A model generated the notes under the pieces. The model did not search any database, had not been told where the DNA came from, and saw nothing but the letters and a program-made list of their open reading frames with translations. The translations under genes and the position numbers were made by a program. Of a stretch of DNA of 64,000 bases, positions 50,910 through 64,000 are shown in pieces. The stretch comes from Pseudogymnoascus verrucosus (lineage: Eukaryota): assembly GCA_001662655.1 (NCBI GenBank), contig KV460218.1. One strand, 5' to 3'. Position 1 is the first letter of the stretch, and every line of letters starts with the position of its first letter.

Positions 50910-51686
50910 ATGGGCTACGCATTCCTTTTCCCGCTGCGCGTCTTGCAGGTCGTGACAGCGAGCATGGTGCTGATTCTGTCTTCTTATGGTATGCCCCCCC
51001 TTATGCCTTTTGCGCGCGACCCCGAGTTTGGCGCGGGCGGTTGCTAGTTTGGCGCAAACCACTACCGCAATCACAATCCAGCAGCGGCGCGTGGACGGTG
51101 GTGTGATGAGAGATTAGATTGAGGATTGGGAGAGGAAACGGACAGGAGGCTAACGAGGAGATAGTGGCGCATTGGTACGATGCGGATACGCTCACAGCAT
51201 CGCCGTCGCAGTTTAACTTCCTCATCTTCACGGGGGTGTGGAGTTTGTTGAGTATTTTCTATCTGGAGATTGTGCCGAGGAGGTGGCCTAGAGGTATGTC
51301 CTTTTTCTTTCCCCTCCATTTGCCCTCCCCTCCTCCCTCCCCCCCTTCGCCCCGATCAACCCCAGACCACTCAAAAGGCAGAGACCAAAGACTAACAACT
51401 GGTGTTCCCCACAGGCTCCCACCCCTACGCCTCCTTCGCCCTCGAATCCCTAACAACAATCTTCCACCTCTCCGGCTTCATCGCCCTCGCCGTCTTCCTC
51501 TCCAAACTCCTCTTCTGCCGTGGGAGCGTCTGCAACGCCGCGCGCGCCGATGTAGGCGCCGCATCTTTCGGCTTCGTGTTATGGGTTGTGTCTACGGCGA
51601 CGGTGGGGATGGAGATCTTTAAGGGCGGGTTTAGGAGGGCTGGTGCGGGTGGGAAGGTTGAGATGAGGGGTGTTGGGACGGCGTAG
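50910..51686 (+). CDS. MARVEL-domain (4-TM membrane-associating) protein; 3 exons
   Basis: MGYAFLFPLRVLQVV.., AHWY..SPSQFNFLIF, FALESLTTIFHLSGFIALAVFLSKLLFCRGSVC. Confidence 0.8.
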
Positions 51687-51699
51687 CTCATATTGATGG

Positions 51700-51880
51700 G
51701 GAGGAGGGGGAGGGAGAGGTGGAGGGGGGGTGGGGGGGTTGAGTTTTGATTGGGGGGGGGGGGGGGGGGGGGGGGGGTGGTGGGTGGGGAGGAGGGGGGT
51801 GGGGGGGGTGTGGGGGGGGGGGGGGGAAGGAGGGGGGGGGGGGTGGGATGGGAGGGGGAGAGAGGGAGGGGGAGGTGGTG
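51700..51880. repeat. Poly-G / G-rich low-complexity tract
   Basis: Multiple long G runs; a similar run lies at 46133-46171. Confidence 0.85.
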
Positions 51881-52771
51881 ACTTTTTTTGATACCCGCGA
51901 GGGCGGCAGACACAGAGCAACAGAGGCGAACGAGGAGTGGCTAGCGACGACGATATCACCGATTGTGCATAACTACACGAAACGGGCGAGAGACACAGAG
52001 AGATGGATGCATGTACGAACAACGGCGCGAAACGGCGTGAGGGGGGGATTTTATGGGTGGTTATATAAGAATTTTGTAGGATTCATATACCTGGGGCGCT
52101 TTTTGTTGTTACTTTTTTATACATGGAGGGAGGGGAGGGGGTTTCATAGCATGGGGGGGACTTTGAGCGATTTCCGAGAGAGGATATTTGGGAATGAGAA
52201 TTGTATATCTGGATACTGTTTTAACAATTACATTCTCGTTGATATACAATTTTTGTTAACTAGAGAATCTGTGATAACAAAATAATCCGCTATATTTGAA
52301 AATCCTTGGGTATAAGTCGATCAGGAGTCGTGGTTCCGTGGTGGGGTTGAGACGTGGTGAAACCCCTTACGTCGGGTCAGCATAATGCCGTCTTTCCCCT
52401 CTCAGTTATAGGCTGGGCACAATAGCCTGATGGAGGTTGGTAGTGTGGGTGGAAGGAGTGATTGATGCTGGGTGAGAATGAGAGCTATTCTGGAGCTGTG
52501 CGTGGTGGTTTGGGAGATGGTTGGTTGGTATTGGGGCCGGGCGTAATGTTCTCGGTTGCTGCTGAAGATGTAGAGATATCCCCCCTCGAATGGTATTGAG
52601 TGTGGAATGGCCTGAATTATTCAACCGGTATTATGACCTGGTATCGACTGCCCTTGACTATCCCTCGGAAAATGAGCGACCCGACGTATCCCTTGATGGC
52701 TCTTCCGCCTTATGCTATTCCCTCCCCTCTTCTCAGCCTCGGTATATTCGTAGACAGTGCAATTAAATAGC

Positions 52772-53546
52772 TTATTGATCCTTTTTCTGACCACCCGTCT
52801 TCGCAACCCTCGCCAGAAACCTGCTCATAAACCGCGCCACGAAGAAGCTTCCAATGGCAACAATCGTGATGTATCCTGCTGTCGGAACAAGCGATCGCGG
52901 GAACACATTGAGTATGAACGGGTCCAGGATGATGTCGACGAATACCGGCGACGGGTTCTTCATCAGATAGGCATCCGTGGTATAATAGTCTGCCGCAGTA
53001 GAGATGCTCAAGAGCAATAATGACTGATCGGTCGCACCGTGCGTTGGTCGCATGGCGGACTTCAGCGAATCCCCAACTGACTCCGGCTTGCCCTGCTGCG
53101 TCTCAGAGTACTCTGCCAGAGACATGATGAGGCTCGGGTTTTTGAAGACATCAGCTACTTCGTATGTTTCGAGATGGAAGGAAGTCGGTTTCTGGAGTGT
53201 TGCTGTTAGCTAATGTAGTGGTGTAATGGGGAGAGCGGAGCTGGTTACGTACGGTGGCTGGCCAGCAGATGCGAACCTCGTACCTCTGCCCCTCCGTCAA
53301 GTCGCTGAGGATGAACCATGATGCTGGACCACGAGGGTAAGTATCGGAAGGGAACTCAGAGTGCAGCTGCGTTCGAATTGTCGAGTTCTCTGGAGATAGA
53401 GTCTGGAGGTGTAGATTCTCGAAGGTGGGGTGGTCTAGAGGAATCGTAAGGGCACTAGGAGCTATGAATATCGTCTTTTCCACGTTTGCAACGGCCGCCT
53501 GCGTACAAACTGCCAAAATCACAGAAACAATACTGTAGAGCTTCAT
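52772..53546 (-). CDS. PGA1: Pga1-like GPI-mannosyltransferase II co-activator; 2 exons
   Basis: Signal peptide then ANVEKTIF, RYEVRICWPAT|QPT, and a C-terminal TM segment after ILDPFILNVFPRSL. Confidence 0.7.
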
Positions 53547-53912
53547 CTTGACATATACGACATAGATTTGTATAGCTGTATTCCCATGGACCCTGTGAAA
53601 TGAAGCTCTGACGTTCCCGAAATCTGATAGCTCCTCACCAAAAGTCGCGCGGTTCCCTGAAAGCAAGACGCGCTAGCCGTGGGACCCCTGCCTGTTTTGC
53701 GCGCTATCCCAATTAATAAACAAACCCACAAAGTGCTGAAGCGACAACAACTCCTCCTCCTGCACGGTGCCTTCTTCCCCACCAACGCTTCTGCTCTTCC
53801 CATACCTCAACAGACCAGCACCGCTGCCATCTTTTCGAGAGTTTAACCCTCGAATTCCTTCACTCCATCGCATCTACAACACATACTTGCTACGCTCGTA
53901 AACTCATTCAAA

Positions 53913-55591
53913 ATGAGAGAAATCATCAGCATCAACGGTTCGTTTAGCCCCTGACGCGACGTTCACCGCTCCTGATAGGGTCAACATCAGGCCTCAAAAT
54001 ATATCCTTGCTGACAACATTTTTCTCAGTCGGCCAAGCTGGTTGCCAGATTGCTAACTCGTGCTGGGAGGTGAGCTTCACCCTGAGCTCAAAGCTCGAGA
54101 TGTGGTACGATGGACATTGAATACTGACGCCTAATTGTGTAGCTTTACTGCCTTGAGCACGGTATCCAGGTACGTTACCGATCCCCTGAACTTCCGAGAT
54201 TCCGGAAACAGAACACTCCTTTACTTTACTTGACTCACCTACTGACGCGTGATACCTTTACAGCCAGATGGATACTTGACCGAAGAGCGCAAGGCCGCCG
54301 AGCCTGATCAGGGGTTCAGCACCTTCTTCTCCGAGACTGGTAAATATTCACCTTCGATCCACGACAGCTTCATCGGTAACGAACTGTGAACTGACACCAT
54401 ACCTTCATAGGTCAGGGCAAGTACGTTCCCCGCACCATCTACTGCGATCTCGAGCCCAACGTGGTCGATGAGGTCCGCACCGGTACCTACCGCAGCCTTT
54501 TCCACCCGGAGCACATGATTACCGGCAAGGAGGATGCGTCCAACAACTACGCCCGTGGTCACTACACCGTCGGAAAGGAGCTGATCGACCAGGTCCTCGA
54601 CACCGTCCGCCGCGTTGCCGACAACTGCTCTGGTCTCCAGGGTTTCCTCGTCTTCCACTCCTTCGGTGGTGGAACCGGATCTGGTTTCGGAGCCCTCCTC
54701 ATGGAGCGTCTGTCCGTCGACTACGGCAAGAAGTGCAAGCTCGAGTTCTGCGTCTACCCAGCCCCACAAACCGCCACCTCGGTCGTCGAGCCATACAACT
54801 CCATCCTCACCACCCACACCACCCTCGAGCACTCTGACTGCTCCTTCATGGTCGATAACGAGGCCATCTACGACATCTGCAGACGTAACCTTGGACTCGA
54901 GAGACCCAACTACGAGAACCTGAACCGCCTGATCGCCCAGGTCGTCTCCTCCATCACCGCCTCCCTCCGCTTCGACGGCTCCCTCAACGTCGATCTCAAC
55001 GAGTTCCAGACCAACTTGGTGCCATACCCCCGTATCCATTTCCCTCTCGTCGCCTACGCCCCAGTTGTCTCCGCAGCCAAGGCATCCCACGAGGCCAACT
55101 CCGTCCAGGAGATCTCCATGTCGTGCTTCGAGCCCCACAACCAGATGGTCAAGTGCGACCCCCGCAACGGAAAGTACATGGCCACCTGCCTCCTGTACCG
55201 TGGTGACGTTGTCCCCAAGGACGCCCACAGCGCTGTTGCCACCCTCAAGACCAAGCGCACCATCCAGTTCGTCGACTGGTGCCCAACTGGTTTCAAGCTT
55301 GGTATCTGCTACCAGCCACCCCAGATGGTCCCCAACGGTGACCTCGCCAAGGTCAACCGTGCCGTCTGCATGTTGTCCAACACCACCGCCATCGCCGAGG
55401 CCTGGTCCGCTCTCTCCCACAAGTTCGATCTCATGTACTCCAAGCGTGCCTTCGTCCACTGGTACGTCGGTGAGGGTATGGAGGAGGGTGAGTTCTCTGA
55501 GGCCCGTGAGGATCTGGCTGCTCTCGAGCGCGATTACGAGGAGGTTGCTGCCGACTCCCTCGAGGGTGAGGAGATCGAGGCCGAGTACTAG
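53913..55591 (+). CDS. TUB1: Alpha-tubulin; 6 exons
   Basis: [27 protein letters not shown]-terminal EEIEAEY. Confidence 0.97.
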
Positions 55592-56286
55592 ATGCTCTCT
55601 GGCAAGAATAATTGTTTTGTGCAGGTTATAATCTATGGAGTACACTTTGGCTGTGGAATGGAGCTGGATGATGTTCTTTAGGGAGCGTTCTATGGCTTTT
55701 TATTCATGGTCAGTTTGGTGTCTAGAATGTTTGCTCGGCGGTCTTTGCTAAATAGCGAAGCGCCTTCCTTTTCTCAACAGAATGAATGATACTCAATTGC
55801 TTTCGAATGCAATAAATGTAGCTCCCGCTTTGTACCCATGGTGACGTGATACCGTGTAGATGTAGTGTAGCAGAATGGTTAAAGAACAATTCCGTAAATT
55901 AGAAAAACCGACAGCCTGGACGTCGCACATGGTGAAAATTTCCCAAATGCAGCTAAAATGTAGAAATCTAGATCATGTGAGACAGTCTCGTATTTGACCG
56001 CAATGTAATTTAAATTGGGCGATACCAAATTACCCCAGATTGGGTGATTGAATGACGCGGCGGCAATTGCCGCGGTTGCCGCTTGACAATCTACCGCAAC
56101 CACCGTTGGCGACGTGGTTGCAGCTCCCCCCATCAACAATCCAAACCCCCCTCTTTGTTTTTTAGCCCTCCGGAATCAACTCCAACGCGAGCTAGCATTG
56201 GCAAGAGCAGTTACAGCTTCTCATTTAAGAAAATCAACACTTAGAGGCCCTGTTGCGCTGGTGGATCAGTTCCTCTGGCGAGCGCG

Positions 56287-59200
56287 ATGGCGGACACCAA
56301 TGTCGACTCTGGTAAGACCCTTGAATGCTCCCTCAGGGACGCAATCCTGAAGTCCTTTCATCACAACTTGATATCGACATTATGAAGGCGATATGTGTGT
56401 TCGACTGGATGCAGGCTGATGATAGATAGGTGCGCCGAACTTGAATCTGACACCGGAGGAGGTACGAGTGTTTGGGCAGCTGTTCCGCGAGGCGGACTCT
56501 GAGAACATTGGCGTTGTTACTGGCGAGGTTGCCGTGACTTTCTTTGAGAAGACGAGGCTTGATCCACAGGTGTTGGGCGTGGTAAGTTCATGATCCGAGT
56601 GATCCCGTCGTTCCATTGAGGGATGGCAATGTCACCTGTTGGACGGCTAATCTGACTACTGTTTACACAGATATGGAACATCGCCGACAAAGAAAATAGA
56701 GGACTGCTTACTCCTACTGGCTTCAGTATCGTGCTGAGATTGATCGGTCATGCACAAGCAGGAAGAGACCCGACAGCAGAGCTTGCATTCCGACCAGGAC
56801 CGATCCCTAAATTCGATGGCGGCGTGCCGAGCGGCGCTGTACCGCCACCTCCCCAAGGGCCACCGCCTGGACCGATACAACCGCAGACGAGTGGAAACCC
56901 CATACGAGTCCCTCCGTTGACTCCAGACAAGGTCCAGCAGTATGCTGCTTTATTCGAGAAGTCTGGCGCCCAGGAGGGCATATTAGGTGGCGAGCAGGCT
57001 AAACAAATATTCGAACGCGCAGGGCTTCCGAATGAAGTTCTTGGGAGAATTTGGTACCTTGCGGATACTGAGCATCGCGGAGCTCTCACGGTTACTGAGT
57101 TCATCATCGCTATGCATCTGTTGGCATCGTCCAAGTCAGGGGCTATGCGCACACTACCGAATGTTCTCCCAGCTGGGCTTATAGAGGCTGCCGCGAGGCG
57201 TCCACCTTTAAGACAACTATCTGGTGTCACCGGTGGACCGCCTGCGGTACCTCCGATTCCGAGGCAATTCACAGGTCACAATCTGGGAAGAACGGCCAGC
57301 CCTCTGAGTAAGCCTGCGTTTGGTCAAGTCCCTCCTTCACCAGGTACTTGGGCTATCTCTCCCGCCGACAAGAATCGCTTTGATAGCATATACGCCACCA
57401 TTGACAAGACGAATCGCGGTTTCATCACTGGCGATGAAGCCGTGCCATTCTTCAGCAACTCTAAGTTGCCTGAGGAGGCATTGGCACAGATTTGGGATTT
57501 GGCTGATATCAACTCGCAAGGCCATCTGTCAAGAGACGAATTTGCCGTAGCTATGTATCTCATCCGTCAACAGAGAGGCAAGCGTGACGGGAGAGATGCT
57601 TTACCTGCCACCTTACCGGCAGAGCTAATTCCCCCGAGCATGAGATCGCAAATCCGACAACCCCAACAACCGACCGCGCCTGCTTTTGAAACTGCTGCAC
57701 CAACCATTCCTAAGTCTGCCGCGGACGACTTGTTCGGACTTGACGCGATGGCTTCCGCTACTCCACCACCAGCTCCTGCACAACAGGCTCTGTCCACTGG
57801 TGGATCTAATTTCGGAGACCCATTTGCAACCAGCAGAAGCCCGATGACACCAAGCAGCCCTGTTGCTGGCAGCCCTCAGCATATTCCAACCCAGAATACC
57901 GGCTTCAAGCCATTTGTGCCATCGTCGTCCTTTGGCCAGTCGATATCGTACAATGCTACTGGCGGATCCAATGCGTCCACGCCGCTGGCACGATCTGGAA
58001 CCATGGACGACCTCTTGGGGGATAACGATCCGGAGATTAGCAAGAAGCTGACTAGTGAGACTAGTGAACTTGCTAACTTGTCGAACCAAGTTGGTACGCT
58101 GTCAAAACAGATGCAGGAAGTCCAGGGCCAGCGCTCAACTTCGCAGAATGAGCTTACGCAGGCAACCTCTCAGAAGAAGGAATTTGAGACTAGACTTTCT
58201 CAGCTTCGCACTCTCTATGAGAAGGAGGCCAAGGATGTTAGAGCTTTGGAGGAGCGCCTTACTGCCTCCAGGAATGAGACTAGGAAGCTACAACAAGATA
58301 TTGCCATGGTTGAGGGTTCTCACCAAGACCTTCAAAATCAACATCAACAGGTCTCAGTTGCCTTACAAGCCGACCAGCAAGAGAATGCTAGCCTGAAAGA
58401 ACGTATCAAGGCTTTAAACACAGAGATCTCTCAATTGAAGCCTCAGCTCGAGAAGTTAAGGTCCGAAGCCCGTCAGCAAAAGGGTCTGGTTGCAATCAAC
58501 AAAAAGCAGCTGCTGACTAATGAAGGGGAACGCGATAAACTGAAGACCGAGGCTGGGGAGCTGAACCAGAGCATCGAGCAAGATACAAGGGCGCTCTCTG
58601 AGAGCTCGGCAGCCACCTCGAAAGCACAAAGCCCTGCCCCAGCGGCCGCAAGCCCAGCTCTGTCGACGATGAGCACAAGCAACCCATTCTTCAGGCGGCA
58701 AGGAAGCAGCTCTGATATCGCCTTTTCTCCCTTCCCTTCTCCACCTGTAGCTCAGCAGCCAGGAAATTCATTTGAGAACATCTTTGGACCAACATACGAG
58801 GCGCCTATGAATGCATCGCCGGCTGCTTCCCCAATGCCGCCGACTACATTTAAGCAAGCTGTCGACGCCCAGGATAAGTCTGCCCCACTATCAGCAGAGA
58901 TGCCAGCTCGAGAAGGCCTTACTCCCGATCCCCCCCAGTCAAGACAAATCAGTTCGAGCTTCTTGCCTTTCTCGCAGCCAGACAATGAGTCTATCAGCTC
59001 ATCTCGCCAAGTCTCTGTGCCAGGGAGCAGATTTGGAGATGGCTCTGAAACACCAAAGAATGTTGCGTCAACGCCGACAGGATCCTCTGTAGCAGATCTC
59101 CAAGAGAATCGACCAGGATCAGCCACGTTTGATCGTAATATCACTGCATCCCCCGCAAGCGAGTCCTTGTCCATGGGCAGCCGCAAGGAATCCATGCCCG

Positions 59201-60393
59201 GCGCATTCCCAGATACTCAACCAGCAGCTGGCACCGCTTTTGGTGATTCCAGCGAGCTGTTCCCCTCAGGCAAAGGCCAGGTCTCATCCAAGGATGACTT
59301 CGACTCCGCATTCGCTAGCTTCGGTGGAGGTAGTAGCGCCGTCTCGCAAGGCTCCGAGAAGAGCGTCGAGCCTCCTACCAGCCGGTTCCACCAGGAATTC
59401 CCACCACTAGAGGAAATTGGCGACGATGACGACTCGTCTGCTAGTGAGGGCGGATTCGACGATGACTTCATCCCAGTATCTGCCAGCCAGTTCAGATCGG
59501 AAACTTCTGACCAGGCTGCTTCTTTAAAGGTACCTGATGAAAGACGCCCCAGTGTCTCAAAATCCTCTTCTGCAATGAGTGTCGGTAGCCAGCCGCCTGC
59601 TGTCACTGCCCAGTCTTCTCCGCCTACTTATGACAAGACTGTATCCCCCAAGGATATCGCCCATGCCGAAGCTGCCGAGTACTCCGGCCTGCTCCCATCT
59701 CGCCAGGACCTTCCACCTGCTGCGGACGTAGTCGCTGCTCCCTCAGGAACGACCGCTGCGCAACCCCCTCGTCCCCCTAAGACTGCCTTCGACGACTTCG
59801 ATGATTTCGATGACCTTGAAGATGCCAAAGAAGGTGACTTAGACGACGACTTTGCGAACCTCTCCGTCCACGACCGCTCCGCAATGGACGAGTTCAACCC
59901 CATGTTTGACAGCCCCGCTGCCTCCAAGACCACCGGCCACGGCAGCGCGTTCGGATCTGCAAACGGATTTGGTGACTTTGCGCACTCCCCATCGGCGTCA
60001 ACTTCGCAGCCTGCTGCCGCGCCCGCACCGACTAGCGCCAACCAAGACTGGGACGCCATATTCTCCGGCCTTGACGGAGCGCCGAACCCAGCCGTGGCAG
60101 CTGTTGGTGACGAAATCAAACCTGGCACAGCGGTTGAGAATGGTGTAGCTAAGGCAACGGCTAAGGAGGAGAGGCCGGTGATTGGAAGGGCTCTGACCGA
60201 AAATGGAGAGCACGATGATCCCCTTTTGAAGAACCTGACCATGATGGGCTATTCGCGCAAGGATGCATTGGCGGCGCTCGAGAAATATGACTATAATCTG
60301 GATAGGGTAAGTCGCTAGAGTGTCTATTGATATAAAGAGTGATGCTAACGATTACAGGCTGCGGATTTCCTTGCGAGTGGGGGAACTGCTTGA
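56287..60393 (+). CDS. EDE1: Ede1/Eps15-like endocytic adaptor (3 EH domains, coiled coil, UBA)
   Basis: EH repeats (VLGRIWYLAD, ALAQIWDLAD), coiled coil, NPF/DPF motifs, UBA LTMMGYSRKDALAALEKYDYNLDR. Confidence 0.92.
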
Positions 60394-60859
60394 GCAGTGA
60401 TGGATGTGTGCACATATTGAAGCTACTTTTCGCGTTGGTTCCTTACGTTTTCCAGGGCTTCGTCTCTGTTGTTCATGTGCTGCCCCTGCGCACTCTACAT
60501 ATCATGTCGATAGTTGTATCATACTGAGATAGCACCATCATCTTCTAATGGAAATTTTATCTTCTTTAATTCTTGATTTAATTTAATGGCTTGGGTTTTG
60601 CCAGTCTATATATGCCGTGTTTGTACTCTGCTTACTGATGTGATGAAAAATGAAATATTTACAGAAGAATTGTTACATCTGGTGTGCAACATGGCGTGGC
60701 AGTACTACGACGCCTCCTTCGTTGAGTATTGGTACTTGGAAACGCGTCAATACGTTTCCCTGGCGTGCTCTTTAACCAGTCTATCCTCCACTACGCCCTA
60801 TGGTGGCTATCTCTTACACTCCGCTGCTAGTGGTGTTCTAGCCGGTCATTATTGCTCCT

Positions 60860-61889
60860 CTATTTGGCAATGGCCTTGAGAGCTGCCTTTTGGCGGAGAA
60901 GAACGGTCTGCGCATATAACGCGTCCTTGAAGGCGAAAAGGAACGCAGCAGTCAACACGCTCTGCGTAACCTTTGGTCCGATTCCTGTAGTCATCAGTCA
61001 GTCTCCCTCCTTTAGGTTTATGCGCCAGACAGAGGATACATACCGCGGTACAGACCGGCCCATCCCTCCTCCCTGATAATACGGCTCATGGCCTGTCCCA
61101 TCCCCTCCTTGTCTCCCCCACGTCCAGCAACGTGCATACGCGACTTGAGCGTGATATATGGGTATGTCACACTGGTAGCGACGAGCTTGCCCAACGCGCC
61201 CAACAGGAACGCGATGAACGGCGTAACCTTGCGCCTCCGCTCCACCACATTCCGCAGCTGCTCAAACAGCGTATACTGCAGGATGGGGTTGATGACCAGC
61301 ACCAGCGCGGGCAGAACACCCGAGAAAAGCGCCAGCGGCCCCTCCTCCTTCAGCAGCGCCAACAGCGTGCCGATGGTGGACGGCGCCTTGGCCTCTGGGG
61401 CGCCGGGGAGCGCGCCGACAGAGTTGGCTCGCTTGCGCGTCGTCATGCGCGTGTTGATCACCCAGATGGGGTTTGTGAGCATGACGGTTGCGGAGCCGGC
61501 GAGGGCGCCCGCAAGCATGGACTCGAGGGTCGAGAGGCGCGGGGTGGCGCGGGCCTTGAGGAAGGCCGCGCGCGACCACTCGTAGTAGTAGTAGTACACG
61601 AAGTTGGTGAGGGTGATGCCGACGAGGGCGGAGTCGAGGCCGGCGTAGAGGCCGGAGGGGCCGTCGCGGGCGAGGAGGGCGCGCGTGCTTTCGAGGAATG
61701 TGGTGCGCTTTCGGGTGGATTCGACTTGGGCGCGTGTGGAGAGGGTTATGAGGGGGTACCTGGAAAGAGAGGGTTAGTTGGTGATGGTGGTGGGAGGGTA
61801 ATGGGGGCGTACGTGAGGGCCATGGAGAGGAGGCCACCGCCTGCGCCGGAGAGGGCGTGGGCTACATTGTCGGATTGCTGAGCTGCCAT
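60860..61889 (-). CDS. Peroxisomal mitochondrial-carrier-family protein (PMP47/SLC25A17-like); 3 exons
   Basis: HALSGAGGGLLSMALT|YPLITLSTRAQ, TNPIWVINTR, LVLVINPILQY, YPYITLKSR, GIGPKVTQSVLTAAF. Confidence 0.88.
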
Positions 61890-62432
61890 TGTGATGATGG
61901 CTTCGATGAGTTCAGGAGGTGGGGTTCGTCGGTGGACGTGTAGCAAGTGATAAGCTTGTTTTGTTTATGATGGGTGAGGTGTGGGGTATTGTATTATACA
62001 AGTGAAATTTGGCAGCAGGTTATTGTCGACTATTGAAGGAACGTAAGGAATAGTTAAGGGTGAACTGAAATAAAATATCGGGATATGAAGGGCGACGACT
62101 TGAGGAGGACCCGAGGAACGTCTAGAGGCCGCGATAATAAACTGGGGAGCCGACGTCAGTTGTTCATGCCTCGGTAATTTAGAAGTCACGTGTGCTGTTA
62201 TATTGCTGTTCTGCTATTGGTGGGCTAGGCTTTTGCATTAATTGGATTCATGCACAAGTCACGTGTGTAGTTTTGTTAAGGTCTAGCATGTGATTATAAT
62301 TATCACTTTGAACTATTTATGCAAACACCGCCTTTTCGTAATATATATTTCAAAGTTGCTGCCTCAAAGTTTAAAAAATATGAAACAACCATGGGATGAG
62401 CTAATTGATTAATGTAGAGAGTTTCCTCTTTA

Positions 62433-64000
62433 TCATCCATTGCCTCGACAGCCGCCACCATCACATGGGCCTCCAGCGGCACACTGGACGTTGTTGTTGT
62501 CAAAGCACCGACGACGAGTTCCAATCGCAGTATGAAAGAAGGCGTGCCACTTCCCCATTTATCAGCTTATGTTTGAGTCACAATGGTGTTTGTACTTACC
62601 TCATATCCATTCTCATCCGGTTCGTCAAAGTAGTCAAATGTCCAGCCAGTTAAACTTCCTGAGAAAATGTCAGCATCAACTACTCTCGAATAAACTGCCC
62701 AGAAGATATCTTACCAGAACCACAGCACGGATTTATTTCTTTCATTAATGACTTTTGCCCGTAGTCGTATGTTGCCCATCCAGCACCGTACATATCATAG
62801 GACTGAAATAGAAACTTGTACCACCCTTCGCAAGCTTGTGTTGACTTATCTGGCGGGGGCCATGGTCGATTCGTCCGATAAATGTTGATTGTATAAGTAT
62901 ATTCGCCCTCGACTCTCTTACCACCACCCTTCCAATTCATTGGGTTGTCTCCTCCGCTAGGCACATCACAGCCATTGATAATCGTACCTATAGCATCCTT
63001 GCATTCACTTTCGTCAAATGAGGCGGCGTTGTCAGAGAGTGATACAATCATCGTGTACTCATCTAAGGTACCTTCATAGTACTTTTTGCTGCGTGTCCAG
63101 CCTGACTCATTTTCTGGTACATTGTCCTTTACATAACTGCAGAAATCATCGATTTGGTTGTTGAGGGATTCGGCACTTGCGTAAGCTTTGCTTCCCTGGC
63201 TTGAGTAGCATGTTGTCTTATCAACAATGGGGCATACAGGCCCCTGCCCAAGTATTTTAGCACGAGCATCTGCAATGGCATCGAGGGCGAATGCGGCAAT
63301 GACTTCGTGACCAAGGCCATTGGGGTGGAATATTTTCCCGATCCAGTCAGGGAGAGAGAGGGATGAGCTCCCACAGCCGGGGTCGACAGGGTCGCGCTTG
63401 CTCATTTCAGAAAGGTACGGCTCGGGGATGGACGACGTGTCATTGTCGTATCGGATAGTATTAAGGCTGCGGCTCTCCAAAGGGGGGGTTTTGCCGGTGA
63501 ATAGCTTGAAGAACATGACATTATTGTTGCTGTCGTCTTCAGGATCCTATAAAATATTAGTTCCTTTGCCATTGCAACCGAAACAATTGGACTTACTGGA
63601 CTTGCATCTGGCTCACCTGGAATTATATTAGCCTTATAATTCTGTGTTCAATATCTGAGGTTCCAAAAGTAGAAATCCAGGTACGTAGATCTCTTTAAAT
63701 ATAGAAAACCTACAGAATTGTCCACCAGTGAGCGGTGCCCAGACATCCCAATCAGCAGTTACGAGGGTCATTGTTTTTGCGTCGGCCGCGACCTCTTCTA
63801 CAACCTCCTTTATTGCCTTATTAGTGTCAACTACTAGCGAGTTGAACTGTGTACGTCTTTTTTTGCTCAGAGATACACCAGCTCCAGCATCCAGATCGAT
63901 GATCTGCCAATCTTCGCTTGTGCAAGCATCTGTCTTATCGTTGAAGTATTGGGCATACAGGACTTGGACCACAATCCCATTTTTGGCCATTTTAGAACTG
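62433..64000 (-). CDS. SGNH/GDSL-hydrolase-like protein with Cys-rich C-terminal extension (5' part outside window)
   Basis: YAQYFND...C, R.QFNSLVVDTNKAI, KIFHPNGLGHEVIA (SGNH block V-like); C-terminal domain IINGCDVP..NPMNWKGGG. Confidence 0.65.

Overview
Intron-rich filamentous-ascomycete genomic DNA (the taxonomic call is inferred from intron signals, dispersed 5S rDNA and RIP-like mutation). The window has two compartments. From about 17.3 kb onward most genes are conserved housekeeping genes: EFM7/NNT1, a copper-fist transcription factor, WD40 proteins, Seb1/Nrd1, citrate synthase, long-chain acyl-CoA synthetase, MET17, a MARVEL protein, PGA1, alpha-tubulin, Ede1 and a PMP47-type carrier. 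A small accessory island at about 31-37.5 kb interrupts this block (small secreted protein, HET gene, RIP-like debris). The first ~17 kb is accessory and holds the most striking signal. A 5S rRNA gene is split at the palindrome CAAGCTTG by a ~5.3 kb insert (6000-11331) with an 8-bp direct repeat, imperfect ~39-bp terminal inverted repeats and inverted subterminal GGGTGAGCA arrays. I found no recombinase gene in it. It carries a divergent MFS efflux pump and bZIP regulator pair, with three palindromic TGTTGAGTCAACA sites between them. Two more '5S 5-prime half + element left end' junctions (184, 7161) and an orphan left end (11725) suggest a stacked or nested family of small, non-autonomous, 5S-targeting Starship-like cargo cassettes. 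All calls come from reading the sequence only; no database searches were run.
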